Source: Camelus ferus (taxonomy: Eukaryota). From it: a stretch of 64,000 nt of DNA. A model generated the notes under the pieces. It was not told the origin of the DNA. It was given only the letters and a program-made list of their open reading frames with translations, and ran no database searches. Position numbers and translations under genes: made by a program. Positions within the stretch are counted from its first letter, which is position 1, and the number at the start of each line of letters is the position of its first letter. This document shows positions 23,701 to 35,700 of the stretch, in pieces. Location: NCBI RefSeq assembly GCF_009834535.1, contig NC_045698.1, forward strand, positions 2,172,001 to 2,236,000, read 5' to 3'.

Positions 23701-26700
23701 CCCCCCCCGCCACCGGCTCGCCCTCCGGCTGCCCACACGGCCACCAGAGAGCCCCCGGTCCTGGCCAGCCCTTCCTGTGTGAGACGTGCTATTACACAAG
23801 GGTCACGGGAGGGGATGAGGGGCGTCGGTGTATGAATCTCACCTCCCTAATTAATAACGAGGTTATGTGTGGCTTTTATTTGGGGGTTTATGGTATTTAT
23901 TGTCATAAGGAAGATTTTCATTTCAACACCTGCTGTGTGCATGTATACGGACATACGCACGCACTGACATTAAAATAAATAGCACATGAAACACTGTTCA
24001 TCCCACATGGGTAACTAAGTAGACCCTTCCTTCGTGGTTCCTGCCCTGTGGTTCCAGTTCAAGGGCCCCGTCCCCCCTCTGGGGCCATAAAAGGGTTTAC
24101 GTCCAGCTTTCCTGTTCAGGTCTGTCAAGCTCCACGCGGAGAGCCACGCGGCACCTGATGTTCTGCGCTGCTTGTGACCAAGTCGTGCAGAGACTCTGTG
24201 TCCACTTAAGACACAGGGAAACTCTGGGATGTTATTCTCATGGCACGTGTGGCAGCAGCTGGGTAAACAGCCGGAGCTGCAGGCGGGCACAGGCAGACGG
24301 GGAGCCCTGCCCTCCCCCCCTGGCCACCATCGGGGACGCACGCCCGGGGCCGCAGGACTCGGCGACCAAGGATAAAGCGACAGCTACCCGGGCCGACTGT
24401 TTCTTATTATAAAATAACCTCTGGACGCTTCCAATACCTTAGCACTATTGTCCTGACTAATTTAGGGGTAATTTCCTTACTGGCCCAGAGCCATAAATTA
24501 CTTACACAAAAATAGCACAACCAACTCTTAAGGAAACGGTTTTCCGTTTTCTTCCTTGAATGTCTAAAACGTGAGCGAGGCTGCTCCTGGCTTTGAGCAC
24601 CTTGTAACGAAGCATCCGTGACAGAAGAGGGTCCCCGGCTGCGGCAGCCTCTGTTCTGGAAAGGGGCTCTGAAAGCTGGAAATGTCACACCCCAGTGGGG
24701 GAGAAACAGAGGCAGAGCTCGGAGCCGCGCGCAGGGGCTCGGGCAGCAGCGTCTGCAAATGACTTTGGTCCCCTGGCGTGATGAATCATGGAGTCGCAAA
24801 TCCTTTTTAGCTAATTGCTATCAGCTTGTGAGATTTTCCCCTCCATGTTCAATATCAATTTTCATGGCCATCGGAGATAGCACTTCTCCCCTGAGCCCGC
24901 TGGCGACCGGCCGATAACGGGGCCGCAGCACTTAGCAGCTGGGAGGGGACGCTATCTAATATGCAGCGGCTGCAGGAGACCGCAGGGAGGCCGGGGCCAC
25001 CGCGCGTGGCCCGCCCCGCTAACGCGTGCACGTCTGTGACCTTCTCGCAAAGTCGTCCTCCTGTGTTGACAGGCCGTCCGCAGACGTTGTCACCGCGCAG
25101 ACGCGGCCTTGTCCGGAGCAGGCCTGGCCTTCTTGCAGACGAAAGCTGGCGGGTGTGCCCCTCTCCGATGGTCTTCAGTACAACCCAGAAGACAAGTGTG
25201 TGTATGACATGAAGGTGACGCGGTGCTTTAAGCTGCCCCCCGGGGGGCCTCCGGTCCTGGCCCCGGCGAGTGGAAGGCTGTATTTAATCAGGAACAGAGC
25301 AGGTGTGCCACTGTTCCATCAAAGAAAAGACGGGACTTGTGGATTGAGTCTGGTCCCAAGGAGCCCCCCAGAATTTCCAGTGGCAGAACTTTCCTGCGTG
25401 CAAAGGACACATTTTTCATAACAAGGCACCACAACCAGGTGCACGTTTACCGTGAGTCCAATAGACACCCAGGTGCCGTGACACGGAGAGCTCCTTGAGA
25501 CCCTGGACAAAGCAGGGGGAACTAACGTGAAGATCTGGACCAGATCAGCTTCACTGTGGAGATTCGCTGTAAAGATTTGAGATGCAAGTAACAAATCAGT
25601 GAGCATTAACAGACGTGTGTGCTTTCTCCTGAGCGAGGACTAAACAGATCCAACAGGAGGAAGATGTTTAAGTACCACCACTTTTCCATGTCTTGGCCAT
25701 TTAGCCAGCAATCCCTCAGCAAATTCCTTAAGCTTTATGAAGACTGAGTGGATCACAGTCGGTCACTCAACAAGCACTCACTGGCCAACATGGCAAACCA
25801 CGCATGCCCTGGACAGTGGGAGACACAGCAGAGCTCAAGGACATCGGAAGCTCAGAGGGCAAGGTGTGGCCTCAACCAGGTGGGGTAGGATGAACCAGCC
25901 TGACTTTCTGAGGGAAGACTACTTGGGGCCATGAGTGATGGAGATGGGGGCTTTCCGTGAAGAGAAACCGGGGGTACTCTTTATCAGATGAACATGGTTT
26001 CACAGGAAAAGAACAATAATGCATGTAGCTTTTAGACAATTCAGGGTAAATAATGTGTTTCATTTGTTGAGTGTTTCCTCAGCCAAGGCCAGACACAACG
26101 GTGGACAACTGCCTGCTTTCGTGGGTCAGTACAGTGGACTTTCTTCCCTGGGTGCCCAGAACAGGGCCATGGGGCACAGAGCTGGGTGCTGCATCCACGG
26201 AGCGCCATGCTCCAGGCTGCCCTCCTTCCAGTACCAGGTCCTCCAGCCTGAAAAGCCAGGGTCTCTCCCCACCGTTTGAGACCAATGATCAGGCTGGTCT
26301 CAGGTGGAACTGCATTGGTCTTACAAGCCTTTTTTCCCCAAATGCATCTACCGTAGATGCTACAGCCATCCTGCCCTAACCCACTTTTGCTTTTATTTTC
26401 GTGGCTGGCCCCGGGACCGTGGTATCGGACACCACAGACCTGCAGGACAGTGACTGTGAGGAAAGCTCTCTGGCCAGAATCGGCCACAAAAGAACGCAGG
26501 GGGTTCGGGTGGTGGTAATTAATCATGCAACAGAACTGTCATTTTGCTAATCTGTTCCTAATATTGTGATCTGAAACTACAAAACTGATTAAGTTTCCCA
26601 ATTCCCTGCATAGGAATAACGAGCTCAGGCGATGAAGAGCAGCATTATTACAACAGCGTGTGAGTTTCACACGTTTTTGTGTATTTCACATCGTCACATT

Positions 26701-27892
26701 GTATCTTCCTTTGGTTTAATCATCACCTTGGTTGTCCAGGAAAGACGATATATTCACACTTACTAATTATAATACTCTTATTCTATTAGAAAATTATCAC
26801 TAAATCTTTTTAACTGATTCTATTAAAAAATTAAGTCTACAGTTGATCAGTGCCTGTGTTCACACGTGATTTATTTGTATTTGCCCAAAGATCCCCTCCA
26901 ACGTAACAGTCAGATAAGGCCCAGGGCGCACCTTCCCCAGGGAACTTGGGGCACAGGTGCTGTCTCAGGTTGTCCCACCTCTCCCGGCCCCATCACCGTC
27001 TTGCTCGGTGGAGGCCCGTGGCCATCTGTGTCCAGCAGCCGATCTGCTGGAGGGTGAGCCGAGCTGTCACAGGCTGCGAGACCCGGATCTGCTGGGGCAG
27101 AGGCCCCCCGGTCCAACGTCTCTGCTCTTGGAAGGTTAAGGCTTGGCCTCCGGCACATGACAGTTCAGGCCACCCTGCCTCCTTCAGGCCCTTCTGATGT
27201 ATTGTTAGCAGAATTCCTGGGCTTAAGGCACAGGACAAGCCCTCTAACCAAGATGATGGACAGAAGTGGTGCAGGAATCTGGTGGGCTCCGTCTTCATTG
27301 TCTCCTTGGTTGTCCGTCTCCAGGGGAGGTGATGATAGAGGAGAAAAGACAGAAACAGACAGGGAGGCAAGGCCCAGGGCACTGAACTCAGCTCCGCCAC
27401 CAGGAAGCACAGAGGAAACCCTGCTCTGCGCTGCTGCTAGCTTGATGTCTGAGCCTGCGCTTGCCAGAGGCCATCTGGCAATTACTCAGAGAGCAGATTC
27501 CAAGTGCTGGGACCCTGCCTGCCCTGTTAGAAGAGTTTGAAGGTAAATGGTCGCAAACCAGGGTCTTTTGTCCCCTCCGTCTCCAGACTTCGGGGGCGGA
27601 AGAGACATTCCTCTTACAGCGCTCCACCCAGCAAGCCTGGCACCCCAGCCGGCCGTCCCCGCATTTGGCTCTGTGTCTTCAGAGCCCCTTCCCACCCTGG
27701 AAAAGGACCAGCTCGGATGCCGTTCACAGCTGGGACTGGGCCTTCAGAACTGCCTTTGAGGGAGAGGACGCTGGGGCCCTGGAGAGGAGCATCAGAATGT
27801 CACCAGAGTCACATGCATGGGGTGTTTCCTTTGGTTAGAGCCTGTGAATTCGCCTAACGGCTGGCTGTCGCAGAGGTGGGATGGAAGGAAGC

Positions 27893-27900
27893 CACACACA

Positions 27901-27938
<38 letters not shown>
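27893..27938. repeat. (CA)n microsatellite
   Basis: CA run with a single interruption. Confidence 0.95.
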
Positions 27939-27944
<6 letters not shown>

Positions 27945-28669
27945 ACGGAGGACAGCAGCCGGAGCTGTGCTGAGAATTAAGAAGGGTGTCTAGTTCAGGC
28001 AGAAATTCTCTAGGTGGTGGAGCTCAAATTACTAACTATATATAGCATTTTTTCAGTCTGCCTCTAAACCTCCTTTATTTTTTACAAAAATGCTCTGGCA
28101 GTTTAATGAGCAAAACCTTCACTTTCCAGGTGAGCTCTCCCAAGGCCAGCAACGCGCTCTCCGCAGGGTCTGCCCCGAGTCTCCTCTGCGTCGGGTGGAC
28201 CTGGTGATTTGGAGGGGCCACGAGACCAGGCACGTCGAGGGTGACCCTCTGTCTGCCCAGCAGCCCCGAACGGTGCTCCCCCACAGTCACATTCCAAGCC
28301 TCACGCCTGGAGCTCAGAGCACTGGGGGGTTTCTCACGGATCTTTCCAAGCAATGCAAGCCCCCTGCCCCTCATCCCCACTCAAAAAAGTCCGCTTGACA
28401 GCTGGAAGCAGGGAAGTGTGGGCAGGTCAGGAGAGCCGCCCGGCGATGCCTTATTTTTCTCCAAGCGTTTATCTGATCTGCTGTCTTCCTCTCCTTGCCT
28501 GCCTTCTTGACCACAGATGGGCTTCACCCCATGCAATTCTGGCTTCCCAACAATCCAAAATCCTCTTGAACTTCTTAACCCCTCGCTCGCAAAATCACTT
28601 ACATCTGGAGTTGGTTTTCTTTATTTCCTATAATTTAGCAGAAGAAAGGCACGTCCAGATTGACGGGGA

Positions 28670-30080
28670 AACTGCAAGATGGCAGCGCGTCAGGGAGAAA
28701 CGCCGCCGCGGCCCGAGTGGACGCAGCGGCACCCGCGGCACAGGCGAGGCGGCGGCGGCGGCGGGACGCCAGGGGACACCGAGCCCGGCTGGGGTCGTGC
28801 TTTTAAAAGTCTTGTGAGGCAGAATCAAAGGCCGGCACTCGCCTGCGCGACGCGGTGCGGAGCACCGGAGACTGAGCCGCGCAGGAACAGCGGCGGCTAA
28901 TTGCATCGCCGCCCGCGGCGCGGGTGTGTCTCTTATTTGTCCCTTTCTAAAGGCATCACCTCCCCCGGGGCCCGGGGGGAGATCTGCAGGCGCCGGGCCT
29001 TTGCCTTTGAACGTATCCTGGATTGCAGCATCAGAGGCGGTGACGAGGGCAGGGAGGCCCCCGACACGCTCCAGCCCCAGCCTCCGCAGTGATCGGCGGT
29101 TCCCGCAGGCGGCTGAACAGTGTGAACCATCCGGGCGCCAGTGATGGCAGTGGCGGCCACAGGTGACACCCGGCGCCGCCGCCGCGACCGCTGTCCCCGC
29201 ACTCTGCTTTCACCTTTTATCCTTCTCAGCATCATGACTGAATCCACGCTAATGAGGTGCGCTCCACTGCCAGCCCCAGTGGCCACGCGGCTCACTTCTG
29301 GCACCGCGTGGGGGTTCACGAGAAGCCGAGAAGGAAGGCACTTGCTCCTGCTTCCAGGAGAGGAGCCCATGCTCCTTTGACGAAGCCTCCTTCCTCGCAG
29401 CAAGTTCTCTCCATCCCTGCCTGGCATGGGCTGAGCCCTGTGTGCTGTGTCCATCACGAGGTGGGGACCAGCTCAAGGTTGCCTGCTGCACATTTAACTT
29501 ATCGGCGCTTGAAGGACACGGCTGGTGGCCACATGTCACTGTTTACAAGCAGCAGGTGACGGCCGACAGCGGCGGGAGTGTGAATCCATGCCCCCTCCTC
29601 TGCTTCCCCATCTGTCTCCGCGTCCGGGTTGGAAGTGCCTGTGTGTCGACGCAGCGGCGAGGACCACAGAGGCGAGATGCTGCTGCTGACAGAAGCACAC
29701 GTGGGAGCAGGGAAAAAATAACCTCCTTGTGTCTAATGTGGCGGCACGTTTTAAAGGGGGAACAAGAGCTGATTTAATTGGTGAGCCCCATATGTTGCCC
29801 GCACTCCGTCTCAGGGCTCTGCAGCGAGGCGGCGGCGCCGGGAGATCAGATGTCGCCGAGCTGCGCTTACACCTGCCCCACCGCCAGCCTGACTCCGGGG
29901 CAGCCGGTGTTCATAATTAGCGTCTTCTCTTCCACCGACTTCACACTGCTCGGCCGTGTGTCTCCGTCCCGGAAAGCGCCAGGCCTGAGCCCCTTCCGGG
30001 GCGGACGCGTGAGCCCCCTCACCAGATCGCTCAACCTCCGTAACTGGGTGCAGCCCCACCAGCCGCGATGGGCATAGCTC
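28670..30080. promoter_or_regulatory. CpG-island-like region with no associated gene identified
   Basis: Dense CpG (cgccgccgcggcccgag, ggcggcggcggcggcggg, cgccgcccgcggcgcggg). No recognisable repeat or coding exon. Confidence 0.7.
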
Positions 30081-30118
30081 GTGTTTTTATAACTCATACA
30101 ATATTTCACTTGAATGGC

Positions 30119-30146
30119 TTTTTTTTTTTTTTTTTTTTTTTTTTTT
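30119..30146. repeat. Poly(T) tract
   Basis: Uninterrupted run of about 28 T. Confidence 0.95.
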
Positions 30147-30992
30147 GGTTGAAAGAAGGTGGAAAGAAGAAAAAGGAGCACAATGCATTGCAAGCTCACG
30201 GGATTAAGCGCATGGTCTTAGTAAACGTGCACACATCCAGGGCAGGGAGAAAAAATGTGGCTGTTACATGCTGGAACCTCCCCCCTTTCTCCAGGCTTAA
30301 TCTGATTTTTGCCAATTCCTTTTGATCTATCGGGGCAGGCAAGTCAGGTCCACAAGTACAGATGGACTAAATATGGAGATTAGCCCCCTTGCCTCTGCCT
30401 CCTCGCCTAATACCTGATTAAGTCTAGAATCGCGCAATTGTCTCCGCGCTGGCTACCGGAGTGGCCGGGCGCAGAAGGGGCCAGGATGAAGGCCGATTTT
30501 GTAATGGACACTTATTTTATCCCAGTGCTCTAAGAAGATTAGGCCTGGGGGTGTCACATTAGCCGTGATCTCTGGGCCCCTGGTCGTCTCTGGCAGTTTT
30601 CAAACACCTCTCCTCGGCCTTAGAACAAACAGGGAGCTTGGACCCAGCGGCCCCATGTCGGGCATGAATAATTGCCCACTGCAAAGTATTTGAAGATCAC
30701 AAAGTGCTGTGTAAATTACTCAGTTTGGGCTTTAGTCGGGGTGATTTGTGGTGACTTATTGAATCTTTTCACAGTTCAGAATTAAACTTTCTCTGCTGCT
30801 AACTGCAGACAGCGGAGAATGGAAGCTGAGTCTTAACTGACAGGGCTGCCCTTAGATCAGCGTCTGCAGAAGCCCGGAGAAGCTGGCGGTGCTGAGCCTG
30901 CCCGGCATCTCAGAGGGCCGGGCGGACGCCTTTCTTAGCCGCTCTGCCAAGTTCTGCCGACTCAGCGTGCAACTTAAAATAGCTATTGAAAC

Positions 30993-30996
30993 CAAA

Positions 30997-31027
<31 letters not shown>

Positions 31028-31040
31028 GCAAAAGAAAAAG
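30993..31040. repeat. Poly(A)+(GAA)n purine tract
   Basis: An A run followed by gaagaagaagaagaagaagaa. Confidence 0.9.
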
Positions 31041-34000
31041 GGGGAGGAGGGCGGCTTGCTTTGAATCGGCTGCGCGTTTCTGGCATGGTCTCTCGGGCAA
31101 TTTTCTTACCAGCATATCCAATTATTTTTTGTTTGTTTTCAAACATGGTGTATTTCTTTAATTAGTGAGGGCAAACAAGTTAGAAACAGAAAGGAAAAAA
31201 TAAGTTTAAGAATTCTAGTCAGGGAAATGATGTGATTAAACAACATTCAATTAGAGGAATTAGCAGGGCTGGTGGTTCCCCATCTGAGTTAATTCCGGGC
31301 AAGAGTAACTGACCCGGGGTGTTTCGGCCCAGGTGCCAGCACCACTGACGGCCATTTGAACAGAGAGAGGAGCCGCTTTTGTATTTCAAATACATTTGTT
31401 CTGTAGGTTGTTGAAGGTTCTCTGTTAACTGGCGCTTTGCCTGCCCTGGTTCTAGCCAGGAGGCTGCTTGGGAAAATTAATTACTATGTATTTTTTTCTT
31501 TGTGTTTACCTGATCTAAGTTGTGTGTGGTAGATAATAATTATAAAATCAAAAATAAATTCTATGCTGTCAGAAATGATGACGATTTTTAATCTTGCCAA
31601 ATATTTTGGAAATAACATAAAACTATAGACAATCGCTGTAAAGGCTTTTAAGGTAGAGAACCCCAGACAGCATTTGTGTGTTTTACTGTTCTTTTGGAAA
31701 CTTATAGTTCTAACAATCTGTTTTTAAATTATCCAGAAACTTATAATCAGACATCTGAACATATAAATATTCTTAATCACACACCCTTAAGAAAAACATC
31801 AAAATTAGAATATGGAAGTGAAAATATGATTATCTATTTAATGGAAAAAGTATTACAGTTTTTTTATATACTTGTTTATTTTCAGATTTGCTTTTATTAT
31901 GCTATATTTTTAAAAATAAGTACTGACTAAGATATTCATAGTAATTAAGATTTTCTGAATTTATTTTTGAAAGTATATTTAAAAAAAATCCACCCATCTA
32001 CAGAGCATCATGTATCTCCCTGAATAGGATAGTTTTGTCTTGTTTTTTATTTTTTACCTAATGTTATCACTAAGGTGCATTTATCACCTGTAAAGACCAA
32101 GAAAAATTGAGAGGCAAAGCCCAAACATACTGTGCTTTGCTTTAAAAGAAGATTAGTAGATGAAAAAACTCAATTCAATTAGCACTGAAAAGGGAAGTAA
32201 ATTTTGTGATCTTTGTTGAAACCAGCTTAGTTAACTATTTGCTACAACATTTACCTAAATTATGGAAACAAATGCAATGTCTAGAAGGATAAATTTGTCT
32301 CAGTTTTATACCTGTACATTTTACCACATACAGTGTTGTGTTCTTTGCAGGCTCAAAAAGTCCTGATTGATGTCCAAAACCAAAATAACAAAATATTCTA
32401 AACAAAGAGACTTTTACATGGTGGGGTATGAAGTGGGAGGAACAGTCTTGATCATCGTTTTGGTGATGACCATCTCAATGTCATTCAGATGTCATCTATC
32501 TAAATTTAGACCAGGTGATTTCTTGTAGAAAGATTATATCCTCATAGAAACAATACATATTTTTACATATTTATTTACCACCATTTTCAAGGCATCCCAT
32601 GAGACATCATGGTGTTATATGGGTAAGAAACTTCTAGAAACTTCAGACCTCTGCAGACTTATGGGAGTGCGTGCATGTGTGTGTGTGCAGGAGGAAGGTG
32701 AGAAAAGAGCCTCGTGACAGTGACAAGCGGGCTTTGCCTTCTCACCTTCACAGTCTGCCCTAAACGCTTAGATGCTTTGTAACACTGTGAGGGGGACTAT
32801 TAGGACCTCCGTCTACTTGGAGAAAGCTCAGGAGAGGCGGTGGGTCCGCCACGAGACCAGGTAAGAAGTGCGCAGCAGGATGCGAACCATACTGCCTGGC
32901 TCCGGAGTCCTTCCCTTCACCACAGGAGCTGCCTCTTGTCCTGAGAATGATGAGCGAAGGGAGGTGGTCATTCAGAAAGGGGACACGTTCCCTTGGGAGC
33001 CAGGGAGGTGTCAGCCTTTGCAAAGATGGCAGCTTTTGAGCTGTTCTTTGGAGTATTTTTAGGGATGCAAATTGGGATGGGTGGTCTCCAGGCAGGGAGA
33101 GAGTCTGCCATTTCAAAACGCCAACACTGGAGGCCTCATTCATTCTGGCTGAACCATAGGGTTGGTGAAGGGTGCAGCCAGAGATAGAGCTAAAAAGTAG
33201 AACTGAGGTCAGATGGCAGAAGAGTTCAAAGGCATTGGAGGCAACCCACCTCCATCAAGCAGACAAGCACAAGTATCTAAAAGGCTTCACACGGGTACAG
33301 CTTAAAGTCTAGACAAATGGGGTCCACAGGAACAAGCAGTGATGTACATCTAAGTGCCTCTACAGCAGTGAGGCCACCAGAAATGGTTGATACTTGGGGA
33401 TTGTTTTTAAATGATGACATCTCAGTGTAGCTACAGGATGAGCCTAGGCTACCAGGTAATTTACTTTCTGGTGAGTTATAGTGAATCTTCAGTATCCAAT
33501 TGAAACATAATCTGCCACTTGTCCCACCAACACCACCCAGCTCCACATGGCCCCTGGGTCTAGGCTTTGAGGCCAAGCTAGCTCAGGGATCCACTATCCA
33601 TCCACAGGAAATGTTAAAATATCTTAACGAGTGGGTCATTTGGGAGACTGCTTCCCTGACTCCTCAGACTCCTCTTGGGGAGTGGAGGGGACTGTAAGGC
33701 CCAAGCTCCTGATTCTCAGCAGAAAGGGGCACAGTGCAGGAGCAGTTTGGTTTGGTTGCCAAGGATACCACCAGGCATCTGTAACGCAGAGCACAGGAGG
33801 ACAAGGCATAAGGGATGGTTTGTCTTGTTGGGTCTAAGTGTGCCTGTGGGACCCAAGCCCTTTAAATGCCATTCATATGACGTTCCTGTGACTTCCAGTA
33901 CTTTCTCTAGTGACAATAGAGGATTGGATGTCATTTCTTCCTACACAGGCAAACTGTGCACATGGGACCCAGGACCCACATTTTGTCCTGGTGCTTCATT

Positions 34001-34224
34001 CTACTTCAGGGTCCATTAGCCAGGCATGAGAGACATGCTGTGGGTCACCAGGGAGCAGGGCCACGGCAGGTCATTATTACTGGAAAACCTCCAATTCATG
34101 CTCTCCTGAAGCTGGGGCCCTCATGTGCTCTCCTCACAGCAAGAACAGGATTTGATGCACACAGGAAACACTCATGAATTAGTTTTTTCACAGATCAACA
34201 CAAGATGATTGATGATTCAATGAA

Positions 34225-34440
34225 CATAAGGAGGTTAAATACCAGGCTGGATAGTCAGACTCCCAGCTTGGGGTCTCGATTTCACTGTTTCATTACTTTG
34301 AGACTTTGGGCAGGTTACCTAAGTTTTCTGTACCTCAGTTTCCTTGTCTGTAAAGTTGGAATAATAATAGCACCCAGCTCATAAATTTGGTGTGAGTCTT
34401 AGTTCCTGGAACAAAACGAATTGTTGTAAACATTAGTATC
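34225..34440 (+). mobile_element. MIR SINE
   Basis: Core actttgggcaggttacctaagttttctgtacctcagtttccttgtctgtaaagttggaataataatagcac. Confidence 0.85.
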
Positions 34441-34484
34441 TGTTAAGCAGCTCCCATGTGTCAGGTTCTGGTACAGATGACAAA

Positions 34485-34516
<32 letters not shown>

Positions 34517-35135
34517 GAGACAGACCCTGTTATCACAGATGGGGGACAGTTGTAAAAGGAAACAGGAAAGCAATGAAAAAGAGGGTAGTTCACTTAAAAA
34601 AATTAAATATCTGTCATATCTGTCATGCAGATTCATTACAGACTGATGGCCAATAAAAGGAGAAGGCAAGGATGGTTTGATCCTGGAACAGCTTCAGAGG
34701 AAAGTCAAGCTGAGGAAGACCTTGAAGAACGAGGTGGTCTTGGAAAGAAAGGGGGCCTTTATTTTGGAAGTCAAGGTTATCTGATCCAGACTTGCAGCTG
34801 CAAGACTGCACTGTCAGAGGACAAGAAGCTGAAGCTGAAGATCAGGTGTGTAAATATTCAAAGAGGTAGGTAAGTCCATATTTTTTACTGCAATGATCAG
34901 TCTTCATCTTCTGCACAAAGATGAAGTGTTAGAACAAGTGAGGATTATGAAAAATGCCATAGGGAGAGTTTAGGTTAGCTTAGCATTTTGCACAAATCCC
35001 TCAGTTAAGCATGTGTAGAATTCCAAAGCCTAGAGAGGAATAGGAGGCAGGTCAGGGCAAATGAGGTCATGGCAAGGGACCAAGAGAGATGGTAAGACTT
35101 TAAATTGGACTGTTGCAGAGGGAATGGAAGGGAAG
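34435..35135 (-). mobile_element. L2 fragments, containing an A run at 34494-34516
   Basis: tctgttaagcagctcccatgtgtcaggttctgg...cagcttcagaggaaagtcaagctgaggaagaccttgaagaacgag...gcagagggaatggaagg. Confidence 0.5.
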
Positions 35136-35552
35136 AATTATAATGTAACTATGGCAATAATGACAATGGCATTGCCAAACTGACTGCCCTGTGCAAGTGA
35201 TGTAAAGCACATGCACTCCTCTTGTAACTGCTCACATATGCATCTAATTTCAGTGTTTATATTTTTGCTGTTACATCATAACTTTCCTCTTAAAGTTAAG
35301 TTTTGAGCCATTTACTGAGGATTTATTTGGCACCAGACAACATTCTAGGCACTTCACCTACACATACAACTTTAGTGATTCCTTCCAACATCCCAGAGAT
35401 TTTGGATAATTACTTCAATATTATTTAATTATCCAGTTTTTGCAAATAATCTTTAAATAAATTCAATAAATGGCTACATACATTTTGCAAAGTTTTGAAT
35501 TACTATCATTTCCCATAAGCAAATCCATCCAAATGGGATATGATCTGTTCAT

Positions 35553-35700
35553 ATCAGTGTTTCTCAGCCTGGAACCATGATAAAAATCCTGATTCTAACA
35601 TCCCACACCCAGAGATCCTGAGTTAATCTGTCAGATCTGGGGTCTCAGAACCTGCATTTTAATAAGTTCCTAGTTATTTTTATGCAGTTTGAGAATGCAG
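35553..35700. mobile_element. MER5-family MITE
   Basis: cagtgtttctcagcctgg...cccacacccagagatcctgagttaat...ctgcattttaataagttcctag...gtttgagaa. Confidence 0.65.
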
